A stretch of DNA of 64,000 bases, taken from the sequence record NC_048792.1; one strand, written 5' to 3'. Every line of letters begins with the position of its first letter. The first letter of the stretch is position 1. The notes under the pieces are model-generated. The model worked only from the letters and a program-made list of their open reading frames with translations, had not been told where the DNA came from and did no database searches. Positions 38,772 through 47,149 of this stretch are shown here, piece after piece. The position numbers and the translations under genes are program-made.

Positions 38772-39293
38772 ATGAACATTGAAAACTTCAAGAAAGACTT
38801 TGCTGAAATCGCTGACAAATTCAAAGTGATGTACGGTCACTTCAATCCAGAGAAGACTCGTCCAGATCTGGATATCAACAACGGTGACTGTGGCGTATTC
38901 GCACTGGCTGTCGGTGCAGTACTCCAGAACAAAGGTTACAGTATCCAGTACGTGGATAACCTCAACCATGGCTTCATTCGTCTTTACGACGTCGATGAAG
39001 ACCTCTGCTTCGACAGCAACAACTATGAAGGTTGTTCCACTGCCGACATGAATGAGCGTTGGAGTTCGGATGAAATCAATCCGCTTGACTACAACGGTAT
39101 GTGCGATGCATTTGTCCCTTACGACGTTAAGGGTGCGTACATGATCAAAACTATCCTGGATCATTACTCGGTCCCATTGCCAGAGTATATCCAGAACGTA
39201 CTTAAAGAAGAACTCGAATACGAGATCACTGAGTACGTTGAGAAATACCAAGCGTTCATGGCTCGGTCTATCGAAGAACTGAACGCAGCGTAA
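38772..39293 (+). CDS. putative Cys-His-Asp (papain/transglutaminase-like) enzyme
   Basis: INNGDCGVFALAV...NHGFI...LCFDS. Confidence 0.55.
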   Translation: MNIENFKKDFAEIADKFKVMYGHFNPEKTRPDLDINNGDCGVFALAVGAVLQNKGYSIQYVDNLNHGFIRLYDVDEDLCFDSNNYEGCSTADMNERWSSDEINPLDYNGMCDAFVPYDVKGAYMIKTILDHYSVPLPEYIQNVLKEELEYEITEYVEKYQAFMARSIEELNAA

Positions 39294-39384
39294 CCCTGAG
39301 CAATTCCGCTCGACACCCCGGCCGTAGTTCTCACAGGTCAATAGCGACACTCGTAGAGGCTACGGTTTTTAGGAGAGTAGTACG

Positions 39385-40257
39385 ATGAAAACAACTGTAA
39401 AAGAGTTAACCAAAAATGTCTATCTGGTCACCTTCGATCTGTTCGAGGCCAGTAGAATGATGAACATGTCCTACTCGGATATGCAATCATTATTCTGCCA
39501 ACTGCGTAACATGAACGTCGGTAAAGATGACATGTATGGTCGGGTTATTAACAACCACCAACGTGCTCAGTACAACGGTCATGACCACTACGACTTCACT
39601 TGCTCACCGGACTTCATAATCCGGACAAGTGGTATTCGCATGGATAGCGAAGAGGCCATTGTCTCTATCAAGTTGGAAGTGCTCAACGAACACGCGTTCC
39701 CTGCCTCTGCTGCTGAATTCGCTACCTACTTTAACGAGTACGGTTGGCGCTTCGTACCACGTTGCTTCTACGTGAACTACGAAGTCGAAGATGCTAAGTT
39801 TGAAAACCCAATTCGCTCTTACGTCGGTCAGCCTAAAGAACTGACCAAAGGCTGGGTTAAGGACGAAGGCGTCAACTATAGAACTATCGATATTTGGATC
39901 GATGATGAAACTGGTACTGAGCTTGGCGAGAATCCAGAGGAAGATATCGGCGTGTCGGATTCCGACGAGCGTAACCCAGTAATCATCGTCGATCAGACCC
40001 ATTCTGAAATCATCAAAATGATGCTCTGCTCCGGTTATAATTTCTCTACTGTCATCGACGGTAAAGAAGTTCATTTCGAAATCACCGGGCCTAAGGACAA
40101 TTCAAATAACCCTTACGCAGCTAAGTTGGATGAGCACTGTAAAGATCTGAAAGGTTCCTTCAAACAGAAGGAAGGTTATGGCGGACCGACCTTTACGCCG
40201 GAACAACCTAAACTCGTTCCTAATGATCCAACTAGAAGTATGTGGGGACCAGAATAA
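39385..40257 (+). CDS. hypothetical protein; N-terminal half possibly head-protease fold
   Basis: WRFVPRC...YRTIDI resembles 16149..16604. Confidence 0.65.
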   Translation: MKTTVKELTKNVYLVTFDLFEASRMMNMSYSDMQSLFCQLRNMNVGKDDMYGRVINNHQRAQYNGHDHYDFTCSPDFIIRTSGIRMDSEEAIVSIKLEVLNEHAFPASAAEFATYFNEYGWRFVPRCFYVNYEVEDAKFENPIRSYVGQPKELTKGWVKDEGVNYRTIDIWIDDETGTELGENPEEDIGVSDSDERNPVIIVDQTHSEIIKMMLCSGYNFSTVIDGKEVHFEITGPKDNSNNPYAAKLDEHCKDLKGSFKQKEGYGGPTFTPEQPKLVPNDPTRSMWGPE

Positions 40258-40267
40258 AAGAGGGTGT

Positions 40268-40438
40268 ATGGAGAAAGAAACCAAGAAAGAGAAGCGACCG
40301 GCAACGGTGCGGGAGGTTATTGAGAATATCCTCGAACTCCAGCCTTCCATTGATCCGAAGTATCTGAACGGGTTCCATACCTTATCGGAACCCACAGATG
40401 ACAACGGGAGGGTTTGTCGTGAATTCCTTCGCTGGTAA
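40268..40438 (+). CDS. small hypothetical protein
   Basis: GAGGG RBS before ATG 40268. Confidence 0.55.
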   Translation: MEKETKKEKRPATVREVIENILELQPSIDPKYLNGFHTLSEPTDDNGRVCREFLRW

Positions 40439-40694
40439 ACTCGCAATTGAAGGATCTTTCTTAGCCGATGAATTAGAGTTATCGGTGAGGGAACAAGATC
40501 ATCACTTCGAAGAATACCGTAGACATAATGCTGACGTTAACGTTCTGGCTAAACGCCAACGGGAAATAATGCATTTACACGGTATTGCTGAATGTTTGGA
40601 TCGTGGGGTATTGGCTGAGGAAATCGCCTACTACCTGGACGCTCCGGTATCAGAGATCGAAGAGAAGATTGAAAAGATCAAGTCGTTTAAGTAA
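40398..40694 (+). CDS. HTH-motif protein, paralogue of 31680..32021
   Basis: LDRGVLAEEIAYYLDAPVSEIE; start uncertain. Confidence 0.6.
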   Translation: MTTGGFVVNSFAGKLAIEGSFLADELELSVREQDHHFEEYRRHNADVNVLAKRQREIMHLHGIAECLDRGVLAEEIAYYLDAPVSEIEEKIEKIKSFK

Positions 40695-40755
40695 ATAAAT
40701 GAGGTAGGGTTAATTCCCTACCTTTATTCTGTCTTATCATAAAGGGTAATTGTAA

Positions 40756-40917
40756 ATGCATATTTTAATTCTGTTGGTTCTCTGGGTTATCGGCTCTTAT
40801 GTTGTTGCTAATCGCGCGCAGTCTAATGGCGGTAATTTCAAAACGTGGTTCTGGATCTCCATGATCTTCGATCCTCTCGGCGGCTACGTGATCTATAAGC
40901 TCCTGTTACGCAAATAA
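40756..40917 (+). CDS. 53-aa two-TM membrane peptide (not in ORF track)
   Basis: MHILILLVLWVIGSYVVANRAQSNGGNFKTWFWISMIFDPLGGYVIYKLLLRK. Confidence 0.7.
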   Translation: MHILILLVLWVIGSYVVANRAQSNGGNFKTWFWISMIFDPLGGYVIYKLLLRK

Positions 40918-40927
40918 ACATAACACT

Positions 40928-40957
40928 CCCTCAGTAGACCTAATGGTCTACTGAGGG
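40928..40957. terminator. perfect 13-bp hairpin upstream of duplicated promoter
   Basis: CCCTCAGTAGACC-taat-GGTCTACTGAGGG. Confidence 0.65.
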
Positions 40958-40958
40958 G

Positions 40959-40997
40959 ATTATATCCATTTCCAATTTTTTTGGTGTCTATATAACC
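40959..40997 (+). repeat. 39-bp exact repeat, copy 2 (contains class II promoter)
   Basis: Identical to 20777..20815. Confidence 0.9.
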
Positions 40998-41200
40998 GTG
41001 GCGCAAGGGTAGAAGTAATACCTTTGTTAAAATCACAAACCTGCCTCTAAAGGGGAAATACTGTAATCAGATAGAAACCATATACTCCTATTGAAGTACT
41101 TAACCAGTTTTGACTTACGGACTACGTGAGTCGAAGAGCGTGTACGATTGTACACGTTAAACTGAGTTCCGGAACATTCGTCCGGAATAGGAGCACTACC

Positions 41201-41815
41201 ATGGAAATCGACTACGATTTCAAAACACCTAGTTTATGGATTGACAAAGGTGTTGTCGAAGACGCTAAGAGATTTAAGTCTCTTAATAAATCCGGCAAGA
41301 AAAAGTTCATTGAAGAACTAAACGACTACGCCAGTAAAATGGGCGCGACTGACTACTCTAGTGACGGATTGAATCTACTTTGCACCCTTCTTGATAATAT
41401 CGAGAAGGGATATGACGTAGAGGCATCTAAGGTGGTTATCTACTGCTTGTTGAAGCGCGTTGGTTTCAATGAGCTCGCTGAGAAGTTAGAGTCAGCTACT
41501 ATGGAATCGTTATTAGTTAAAATGATTTTGAAGAAGGCTGCTCGTACGTTGTTGTTGTTTATCTGTACAACATACTTAAAGTCCTTTTCGATATCTGCCT
41601 TCATAGCTAAGTTTGCTTATGAATTCATGATACTAGTCGAAAAACGACTGGCGTTGATTAAAGCTGTTTTTGGGTACTTTACCGTTAAAGAACATAAAGA
41701 GAAGACTGGATGCGACCAGTCTTCTCTGATTTACGGTATTAGTATTAATATCAAATTAGTTTTTACTTTCTTGAAAAGGAAGTGGAAACTCATCTCGAAT
41801 AAGTTAAGGAGGTAA
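41201..41815 (+). CDS. hydrophobic-hairpin protein, EHKExxGC paralogue 2
   Basis: AGGAG RBS before ATG 41201; EHKEKTGC. Confidence 0.75.
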   Translation: MEIDYDFKTPSLWIDKGVVEDAKRFKSLNKSGKKKFIEELNDYASKMGATDYSSDGLNLLCTLLDNIEKGYDVEASKVVIYCLLKRVGFNELAEKLESATMESLLVKMILKKAARTLLLFICTTYLKSFSISAFIAKFAYEFMILVEKRLALIKAVFGYFTVKEHKEKTGCDQSSLIYGISINIKLVFTFLKRKWKLISNKLRR

Positions 41816-41887
41816 TCCGCCACTAGGCCCGTGTTGACGCACGGGCCAATACCCTTTTCATAAAAAGAAAAGGTACGTAAAAAATGA

Positions 41888-41923
41888 TTTCCATTACTTT
41901 TCAAGTCTATATAACCTAGGCGA
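41888..41923 (+). promoter_or_regulatory. third class II promoter copy
   Basis: ATTTCCA-N11-GTCTATATAACC-N3-GCG, same spacing as in the 39-bp repeats. Confidence 0.65.
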
Positions 41924-41973
41924 ATATCCAGAGTAATCTGGTCTTTTATCATACTTTATTTAGGAAAATCACC

Positions 41974-42309
41974 ATGTTCAACAAACTGAAATCTCACCCA
42001 ATCGTAAACCGCATCAAAGCTATCGCTCAGAAAGTTCCAGTGATCAAAGTAGAGATCATGACTATCTCTGAAAACGATTCCGCTCTGCAGGTTGAAGTGA
42101 AACAGACTCTGAACTTCGGTCTGTCTGTAATCATGACCATCGCTCTGCTGGTAACTCTGGCAAACCTGATCGCAGTTACCTGGCCTATCCTGGCGTTCTA
42201 CTCTGTTGTTCGTCTGTGCAACCGTGCTAGCCAAGCGTACAACAACTGGGTGGCTAAGCGTAAGGAAACCGAAACTCAAACCCCTGAAGCAGAACCAGTA
42301 ACTGCGTAA
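41974..42309 (+). CDS. membrane protein
   Basis: MFNKLKS start; long hydrophobic segment. Confidence 0.8.
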   Translation: MFNKLKSHPIVNRIKAIAQKVPVIKVEIMTISENDSALQVEVKQTLNFGLSVIMTIALLVTLANLIAVTWPILAFYSVVRLCNRASQAYNNWVAKRKETETQTPEAEPVTA

Positions 42310-42405
42310 TAACTCGATAACCCAAACTGTCGCGACCAGTGAGGGATCATCGAGGATCGTTCTATCACAAACTCCAACCCACTATCTAATATTGAGGAAA
42401 ACATT

Positions 42406-42855
42406 ATGTTCACTAAAGCTAAATCTTTCATCCGTAATATCGTATCTCGTGCTAAAGCTGAGAAAATCGAAGTGCTGACCGTTGAGCTGGTAGAAGTTCA
42501 GGACGTTGCTACTGCAGTTAAAGCTGCTAAGAGCCGTCGTAACAAAGCCTTCGCAATCAACATGTTTGCAAACTGCATCGTTTCGTTCTCCTTCGGCTAT
42601 GCATTCATGTTCATCCTGTGCCTGTTCCCAGAAATCGTTCTGGCTCTGTGCACTCTGTTCGCTTTCATTAAATGCGTCGATAAGATTGCTAACTTCTTTG
42701 CGGCGCGTGATGTTAACTCCACTAAAGCTCACCACGCTAACATGGAAGTAATCCTGAGCGTCTTCGGCGGTGAGGCTGTCAGCAACGTTCTGAATAAAAA
42801 ATCTAAGTCGTCCAAGGAGGTGGCGGCTGACGATAGTGTAGTTGCTGCAGCGTAA
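42406..42855 (+). CDS. membrane protein, probable paralogue of 41974..42309
   Basis: MFTKAKS start; same layout of hydrophobic segments. Confidence 0.8.
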   Translation: MFTKAKSFIRNIVSRAKAEKIEVLTVELVEVQDVATAVKAAKSRRNKAFAINMFANCIVSFSFGYAFMFILCLFPEIVLALCTLFAFIKCVDKIANFFAARDVNSTKAHHANMEVILSVFGGEAVSNVLNKKSKSSKEVAADDSVVAAA

Positions 42856-42918
42856 TAAACAGACGGCGGTGGTAATTCCACCGCCACTTATTTAAACTTG
42901 TTCAAAAGGTATATCCTA

Positions 42919-43092
42919 ATGGAACTGATCTTCTTGATGGTACTTCTCATCGTACTGCTGTCTTTCGTCACCAAATACCGCCCGAGCTTCATTACCGTGT
43001 TAGCGCTCAATCTCGCTATTGATGAGATCGGTGTTAGAATCGCACAGATGGCTTTCCGTGGCCTGGGTTCCGCTTTTAGTCGGGGTAATTGA
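42919..43092 (+). CDS. small membrane protein
   Basis: AAGG RBS; hydrophobic N-terminus. Confidence 0.6.
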   Translation: MELIFLMVLLIVLLSFVTKYRPSFITVLALNLAIDEIGVRIAQMAFRGLGSAFSRGN

Positions 43093-43093
43093 A

Positions 43094-43291
43094 ATGGTAC
43101 TAATCACTCTGTTGATGCTCATGTTCGTATTCGCTGAATGTAAGAACCCTATCTTGCGTTTCATTGCGAACATCGTATTCAAAATGTGTTACTGGATCGG
43201 GATGACCTATATTGTCATCGTAGGGACTTTCCTGAAACTGTTAACATTCATCTACGCTTCCATCTTTGGTCGTCGTAATTCTTCAGCTTAA
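43094..43291 (+). CDS. small two-TM membrane protein
   Basis: GGGG RBS before ATG 43094. Confidence 0.6.
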   Translation: MVLITLLMLMFVFAECKNPILRFIANIVFKMCYWIGMTYIVIVGTFLKLLTFIYASIFGRRNSSA

Positions 43292-43302
43292 GGAGTTTAA
43301 TC

Positions 43303-43584
43303 ATGATCAGTAAATTGATGATGTTCCTGTTCGTCATGACGGTATTCGTCTTGAACGCAGCGGCTGGTTTCGTAGTTACCATTGTCATGCTGATTTCTTG
43401 GATCGCCTCTAAGGTGTACAACGATGCGGCAGTGGGCTACGTGATCAACGTAACTGCTCTGATTGCCATGGGTATCATCTTTGGCATCGATGCGGTAGTT
43501 CCAGTAATTGCTTTGGCGGTACTGTTCAAGGTATCTGCGGAAGTCATTAAGACAATGGCTACTCCAGTACCAGCAGTGGCCTGA
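43303..43584 (+). CDS. very hydrophobic multi-TM protein
   Basis: AAGGAG RBS. Confidence 0.75.
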   Translation: MISKLMMFLFVMTVFVLNAAAGFVVTIVMLISWIASKVYNDAAVGYVINVTALIAMGIIFGIDAVVPVIALAVLFKVSAEVIKTMATPVPAVA

Positions 43585-43657
43585 TCGAAAAATACTCTAA
43601 TAACGAGTATTATGCTTTTGTTAACAACCCACTCAACTTAGTAAAGGAAAGTGAAAT

Positions 43658-44632
43658 ATGGCAACTCCAAAAGTAGTAGACTTCTTTGACACCAACGCAG
43701 CGGCAGCTAACCTCAACGTACCGGTTCGCAAGTTCCGTAGCTGGGCCAACGGTCAGTTGAACAAAGCTGAAAAAGAAGCCGGTCTGAGCCTGGTCGGCTT
43801 CCCTAAGCCGGTAGGTAAATCCGGCAAACATCACTGGTCGAATCGCTCCCTGTCTAATTGGGCTAAGCTGAACAACGCAGCACTGGTTACTCTGGGTTAC
43901 CATGTTAAGGTAGCTGAGAAGAAGACCGTTCAAACTATCGGCACTGCTGAACTGACTCGCGAATACGGTATTTCCGCAACTCGTCTGAATATGCTGGCGA
44001 AAGCAACTGGCGTGACTCGGGAAGAGGCTGGGGCAGGAATGTCCTTGGGCGGATTCCCTAAACCGATAAAAGTCGGGGCTGCAAATCTCTGGCCTAAAGT
44101 AGCGATCCGTAAGTGGTTCAAAGCTAACAAGGATGCCCTGGCGCATCTCGGTTATATCCCTGCACTTAACAAAAAGGCTGCTAAACCAGCTAACGCCGCT
44201 AAGGCAATCAAACCTAAGGCGCTGAAACAACCGGTCGTTAAAGCGAGCAAGAAAGTTGAAACGGCGCCGGATATTCTGGGCGAAGAAAACACAAAGAGAA
44301 AGCCGAGCTACTCTGCGACGATCTCCGCTCCGGATAATTTGAAATTCCTTATTGCCACTAAGCCCGGTAGTTCGGTTAGAGCGTCCTCTATCTCCGTCAC
44401 CGGCACGGATGTAGAAACCGCCCTCATCGCACTGAGTGAACTGTTAAAACCCGTCGTCGTCGTTAGCACCAATGCTACGGCTCGTCTTGTCATGAGCAAG
44501 TACAATGCTCAACTCAAAGAACTGATGGGTGACGCGGGACAGCTCAGTAAACTGAGTAACGACTTTGAAAAGCGTCTGATGGACGTTCAACGTCTGTCGT
44601 CCGGTATCGAGATCGCTGTAACTAAACTGTAA
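43658..44632 (+). CDS. tandem AlpA/excisionase-like winged-HTH DNA-binding protein
   Basis: Two repeats: GFPKPVG...W...LSNW and GFPKPIK...W...IRKW. Confidence 0.7.
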   Translation: MATPKVVDFFDTNAAAANLNVPVRKFRSWANGQLNKAEKEAGLSLVGFPKPVGKSGKHHWSNRSLSNWAKLNNAALVTLGYHVKVAEKKTVQTIGTAELTREYGISATRLNMLAKATGVTREEAGAGMSLGGFPKPIKVGAANLWPKVAIRKWFKANKDALAHLGYIPALNKKAAKPANAAKAIKPKALKQPVVKASKKVETAPDILGEENTKRKPSYSATISAPDNLKFLIATKPGSSVRASSISVTGTDVETALIALSELLKPVVVVSTNATARLVMSKYNAQLKELMGDAGQLSKLSNDFEKRLMDVQRLSSGIEIAVTKL

Positions 44633-44702
44633 TATCCCTACCCGAGTAGAGAGGAATAACCCTCTCTACTTATAATCTTTTTTAACATCAGGAATAAATA
44701 TC

Positions 44703-45146
44703 ATGAAGAAACTCACCGCTGTTATCGCACTGACCGCTGCTCTGTTCTCCGCCAATACCCTGGCCGGGACATGGGGCTCTTCCTGGGCACAAGGAACCAC
44801 TGAGGTTATTAACAATAACGCAAACGGCTCCTCTGTAAACTTCTCCTGTTCGGACGATGGTGATAAGCGCATTCTGTTCGTAGATACTGCAGATGGCCGT
44901 CGCTACGACAGCGAAACTGACGGTTACGCTATCGTTGCTAAAATCGATGGTAACGAAGTTCGGTTTGTTTCTACCCTTAGCCGCGCTGGTGAGGCGAACT
45001 GGGCGTACTTCTGGAAGAAGGCGGAAACTGTGAAATCCAAAACCATCACAGTGATCGTCCCTAACCACAAACCGTTCACTGTATCCACCGCAGGTCTGAA
45101 AGCTGTCGCAAAAGACAAATCGCTGAAAGACTGCTTCTTTAAATAA
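44703..45146 (+). CDS. secreted protein with Cys pair (distinct family)
   Basis: Signal peptide MKKLTAVIALTAALFSANTLA; WAQGTTE...FSC...DCFFK. Confidence 0.8.
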   Translation: MKKLTAVIALTAALFSANTLAGTWGSSWAQGTTEVINNNANGSSVNFSCSDDGDKRILFVDTADGRRYDSETDGYAIVAKIDGNEVRFVSTLSRAGEANWAYFWKKAETVKSKTITVIVPNHKPFTVSTAGLKAVAKDKSLKDCFFK

Positions 45147-45157
45147 TCGAGGTATCG

Positions 45158-45457
45158 ATGAAGTTCGAAATTGATAAAGGCCTTCTGCAATTCCTGTACG
45201 CTGACGACACAGGTACTTACGCCGTAGTCGGTGCTCCGGGGAAACGTGACTTCTCACTCAACCTTCGTTCCGGTGTCTACAAACAGGTTTCATTCGCTGA
45301 ATTCGGCTCAAAGCCTAAAGACGGCGATAAGATCTACTTCGATGCCAACGGGACTTTCGTCACTCTCGTTAAAAAGGCGAAGAGCACTGAAAAAGTTAAC
45401 GAAGGGAAAGGTGGTATGGGCAAAGGCTCAAAAACTTTCCGTGAGCACTGCTTCTAA
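45158..45457 (+). CDS. hypothetical protein
   Basis: GAGG RBS. Confidence 0.75.
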   Translation: MKFEIDKGLLQFLYADDTGTYAVVGAPGKRDFSLNLRSGVYKQVSFAEFGSKPKDGDKIYFDANGTFVTLVKKAKSTEKVNEGKGGMGKGSKTFREHCF

Positions 45458-45525
45458 CGGAGCATAGGAGAGGGCTAAATGCCCTCTCTTTATTTTTTGT
45501 TTCATTGACAAATAAGGAGATCGCT

Positions 45526-46053
45526 TTGTCCATTATTCTTTATCACAAGGGTGTTATTGCTGCTGACTCAAGAGGGATTATTGATCAGGGGAAATACACA
45601 GAGCGTTTGTGCGGTATGCTCAAGTTATTCTCATTCGGCGGGAAAGTCGTTATGGGGATGGTTGGCGATAACACGACTATTGACTGGGCGTGTAAAGAGT
45701 TCTTTTATTTCAGTGAGAAAGTCATTGAAATGGAGGAGGGGGATTTAGATACGCTTCCATTATCTAAAGACATCCTGGAACGATACGGTATGGAAGACTC
45801 TACTCGTACGCTTTGCTTCATGACACGTAGACACCATTACTACGTCGGGGTGACTGGTATCATACGCTGGGAGAAAGGTATCCCATGGGCAGCAGGTAAC
45901 GGGATGCGTACTGCTCTGCAATCGTTATCTAACGGATTCGATGTAGAGTCATCGGTGCGGAACGCCATATTGATGAATCCTGATTGCGGTGGCACGGTAG
46001 TCATTCACCATGCTAAAGATCTGGAGCTTATCAAAAGGAAGAAATCTAAATGA
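45526..46053 (+). CDS. Ntn-hydrolase (proteasome-beta/HslV-like) protein
   Basis: AAGGAG RBS places the start at TTG 45526 (M-S-IILY); IAADSR, AAGNG, CGG motifs. Confidence 0.7.
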   Translation: MSIILYHKGVIAADSRGIIDQGKYTERLCGMLKLFSFGGKVVMGMVGDNTTIDWACKEFFYFSEKVIEMEEGDLDTLPLSKDILERYGMEDSTRTLCFMTRRHHYYVGVTGIIRWEKGIPWAAGNGMRTALQSLSNGFDVESSVRNAILMNPDCGGTVVIHHAKDLELIKRKKSK

Positions 46054-46529
46054 AAAACTTCGCAGCTTTCTACGATGATAAAGTCATCTTTAGTACGAAG
46101 ATCCAAAAGAGTTCAGGGCTACCGACTACTCTTAGCTGGGATTCTCTATTCACGCCACACGGATTCATTGTCCCCTACTCTCTAAGCTGTTTCGCTATCC
46201 TTGATATCATCGAAGACAACAAGGTTCCCGTTGATCGTTCCGGTGAAATGCTAGGGATGCTCATTACTCCCGAGGGTAGGGTTTACGAGTATGCAGTAGG
46301 GAGTAACAACAAAGTTATCTGTAACCGTCTGGTAATCGGTAAAGGTTTCCGTCATTGCCGTTCTGCCGATTACCTTACTGAAGATACAATGAACTCTGCG
46401 ATCCACTTAACAACCAGTCCAGAAGCAGCGTTGGATTGGTTCCACAAAACTTTGCCGACATTCACTAACAGTTACTTCGTCATGGGTGTCGACGACATCG
46501 TAGCCAAGATTAAGGAAAAGGGTCTATGA
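46050..46529 (+). CDS. possible degenerate Ntn-fold partner
   Basis: ATGA-coupled; similar length and pattern; lacks N-terminal Thr/Ser. Confidence 0.45.
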   Translation: MKNFAAFYDDKVIFSTKIQKSSGLPTTLSWDSLFTPHGFIVPYSLSCFAILDIIEDNKVPVDRSGEMLGMLITPEGRVYEYAVGSNNKVICNRLVIGKGFRHCRSADYLTEDTMNSAIHLTTSPEAALDWFHKTLPTFTNSYFVMGVDDIVAKIKEKGL

Positions 46530-47149
46530 ACGAAATAGAAAAAGATGAGGTTGTCACCAGCAGGCCTCCCGCTACTGATCGCGCTACGCTTTACGATGTA
46601 CTGAACGTAGACATCAACAAAGTGGTACTCCGTGTGCGTGGTCGCGTTACGCCGGTTGATGCAGCTAAACGGCTGTTGGCTTTGGTGGAAACTGCTAGAA
46701 GTAAATACTCGGGTGAACATTCGATCGATCTTCATGACGTTTCTGATCATCGTTACATGATCATCGAACGTAATAACGACATCATTGAGTTCGGTGGCGT
46801 CGATACTACCAGTGACCGTGTCGCCTCAGTTAATCTGTCTTTAGAGGTTGCTATACTGGATCGCGGTATCGAATTCCTCACCAAGTTCATTGAGATAAAG
46901 TCTGCGGAAGTTGATCAGATTTTACTCGGCGGCGGCCGTGCTATTAGTTGCCCGGCTGTAATTGAGAAATACTTCGAAGCTGAAGAGATCGAACTCTTAC
47001 GCGATGAGTCTGAGTTACCTCAACTAAAGATGTTTAAACCTAAGGGGATGAACATCCCAGGGAACAACCGATCCATCCACAACAAAGTTAAACCAGGGAA
47101 ATTCTTCAACAAAAACAGGAACTTCCGTTCTTCTGGTCGGGGCAGATAA
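46526..47149 (+). CDS. hypothetical protein with basic C-terminal tail
   Basis: Ends KFFNKNRNFRSSGRGR. Confidence 0.75.
   Translation: MNEIEKDEVVTSRPPATDRATLYDVLNVDINKVVLRVRGRVTPVDAAKRLLALVETARSKYSGEHSIDLHDVSDHRYMIIERNNDIIEFGGVDTTSDRVASVNLSLEVAILDRGIEFLTKFIEIKSAEVDQILLGGGRAISCPAVIEKYFEAEEIELLRDESELPQLKMFKPKGMNIPGNNRSIHNKVKPGKFFNKNRNFRSSGRGR

Noticed and set aside
40268-40694. Possible programmed frameshift joining 40268 and 40398 ORFs
   Set aside because: No clear slippery heptamer in the overlap; ordinary overlapping genes are simpler
43610-44230. 206-aa - strand ORF over the AlpA-like gene
   Set aside because: Antisense shadow of a well-formed + strand gene
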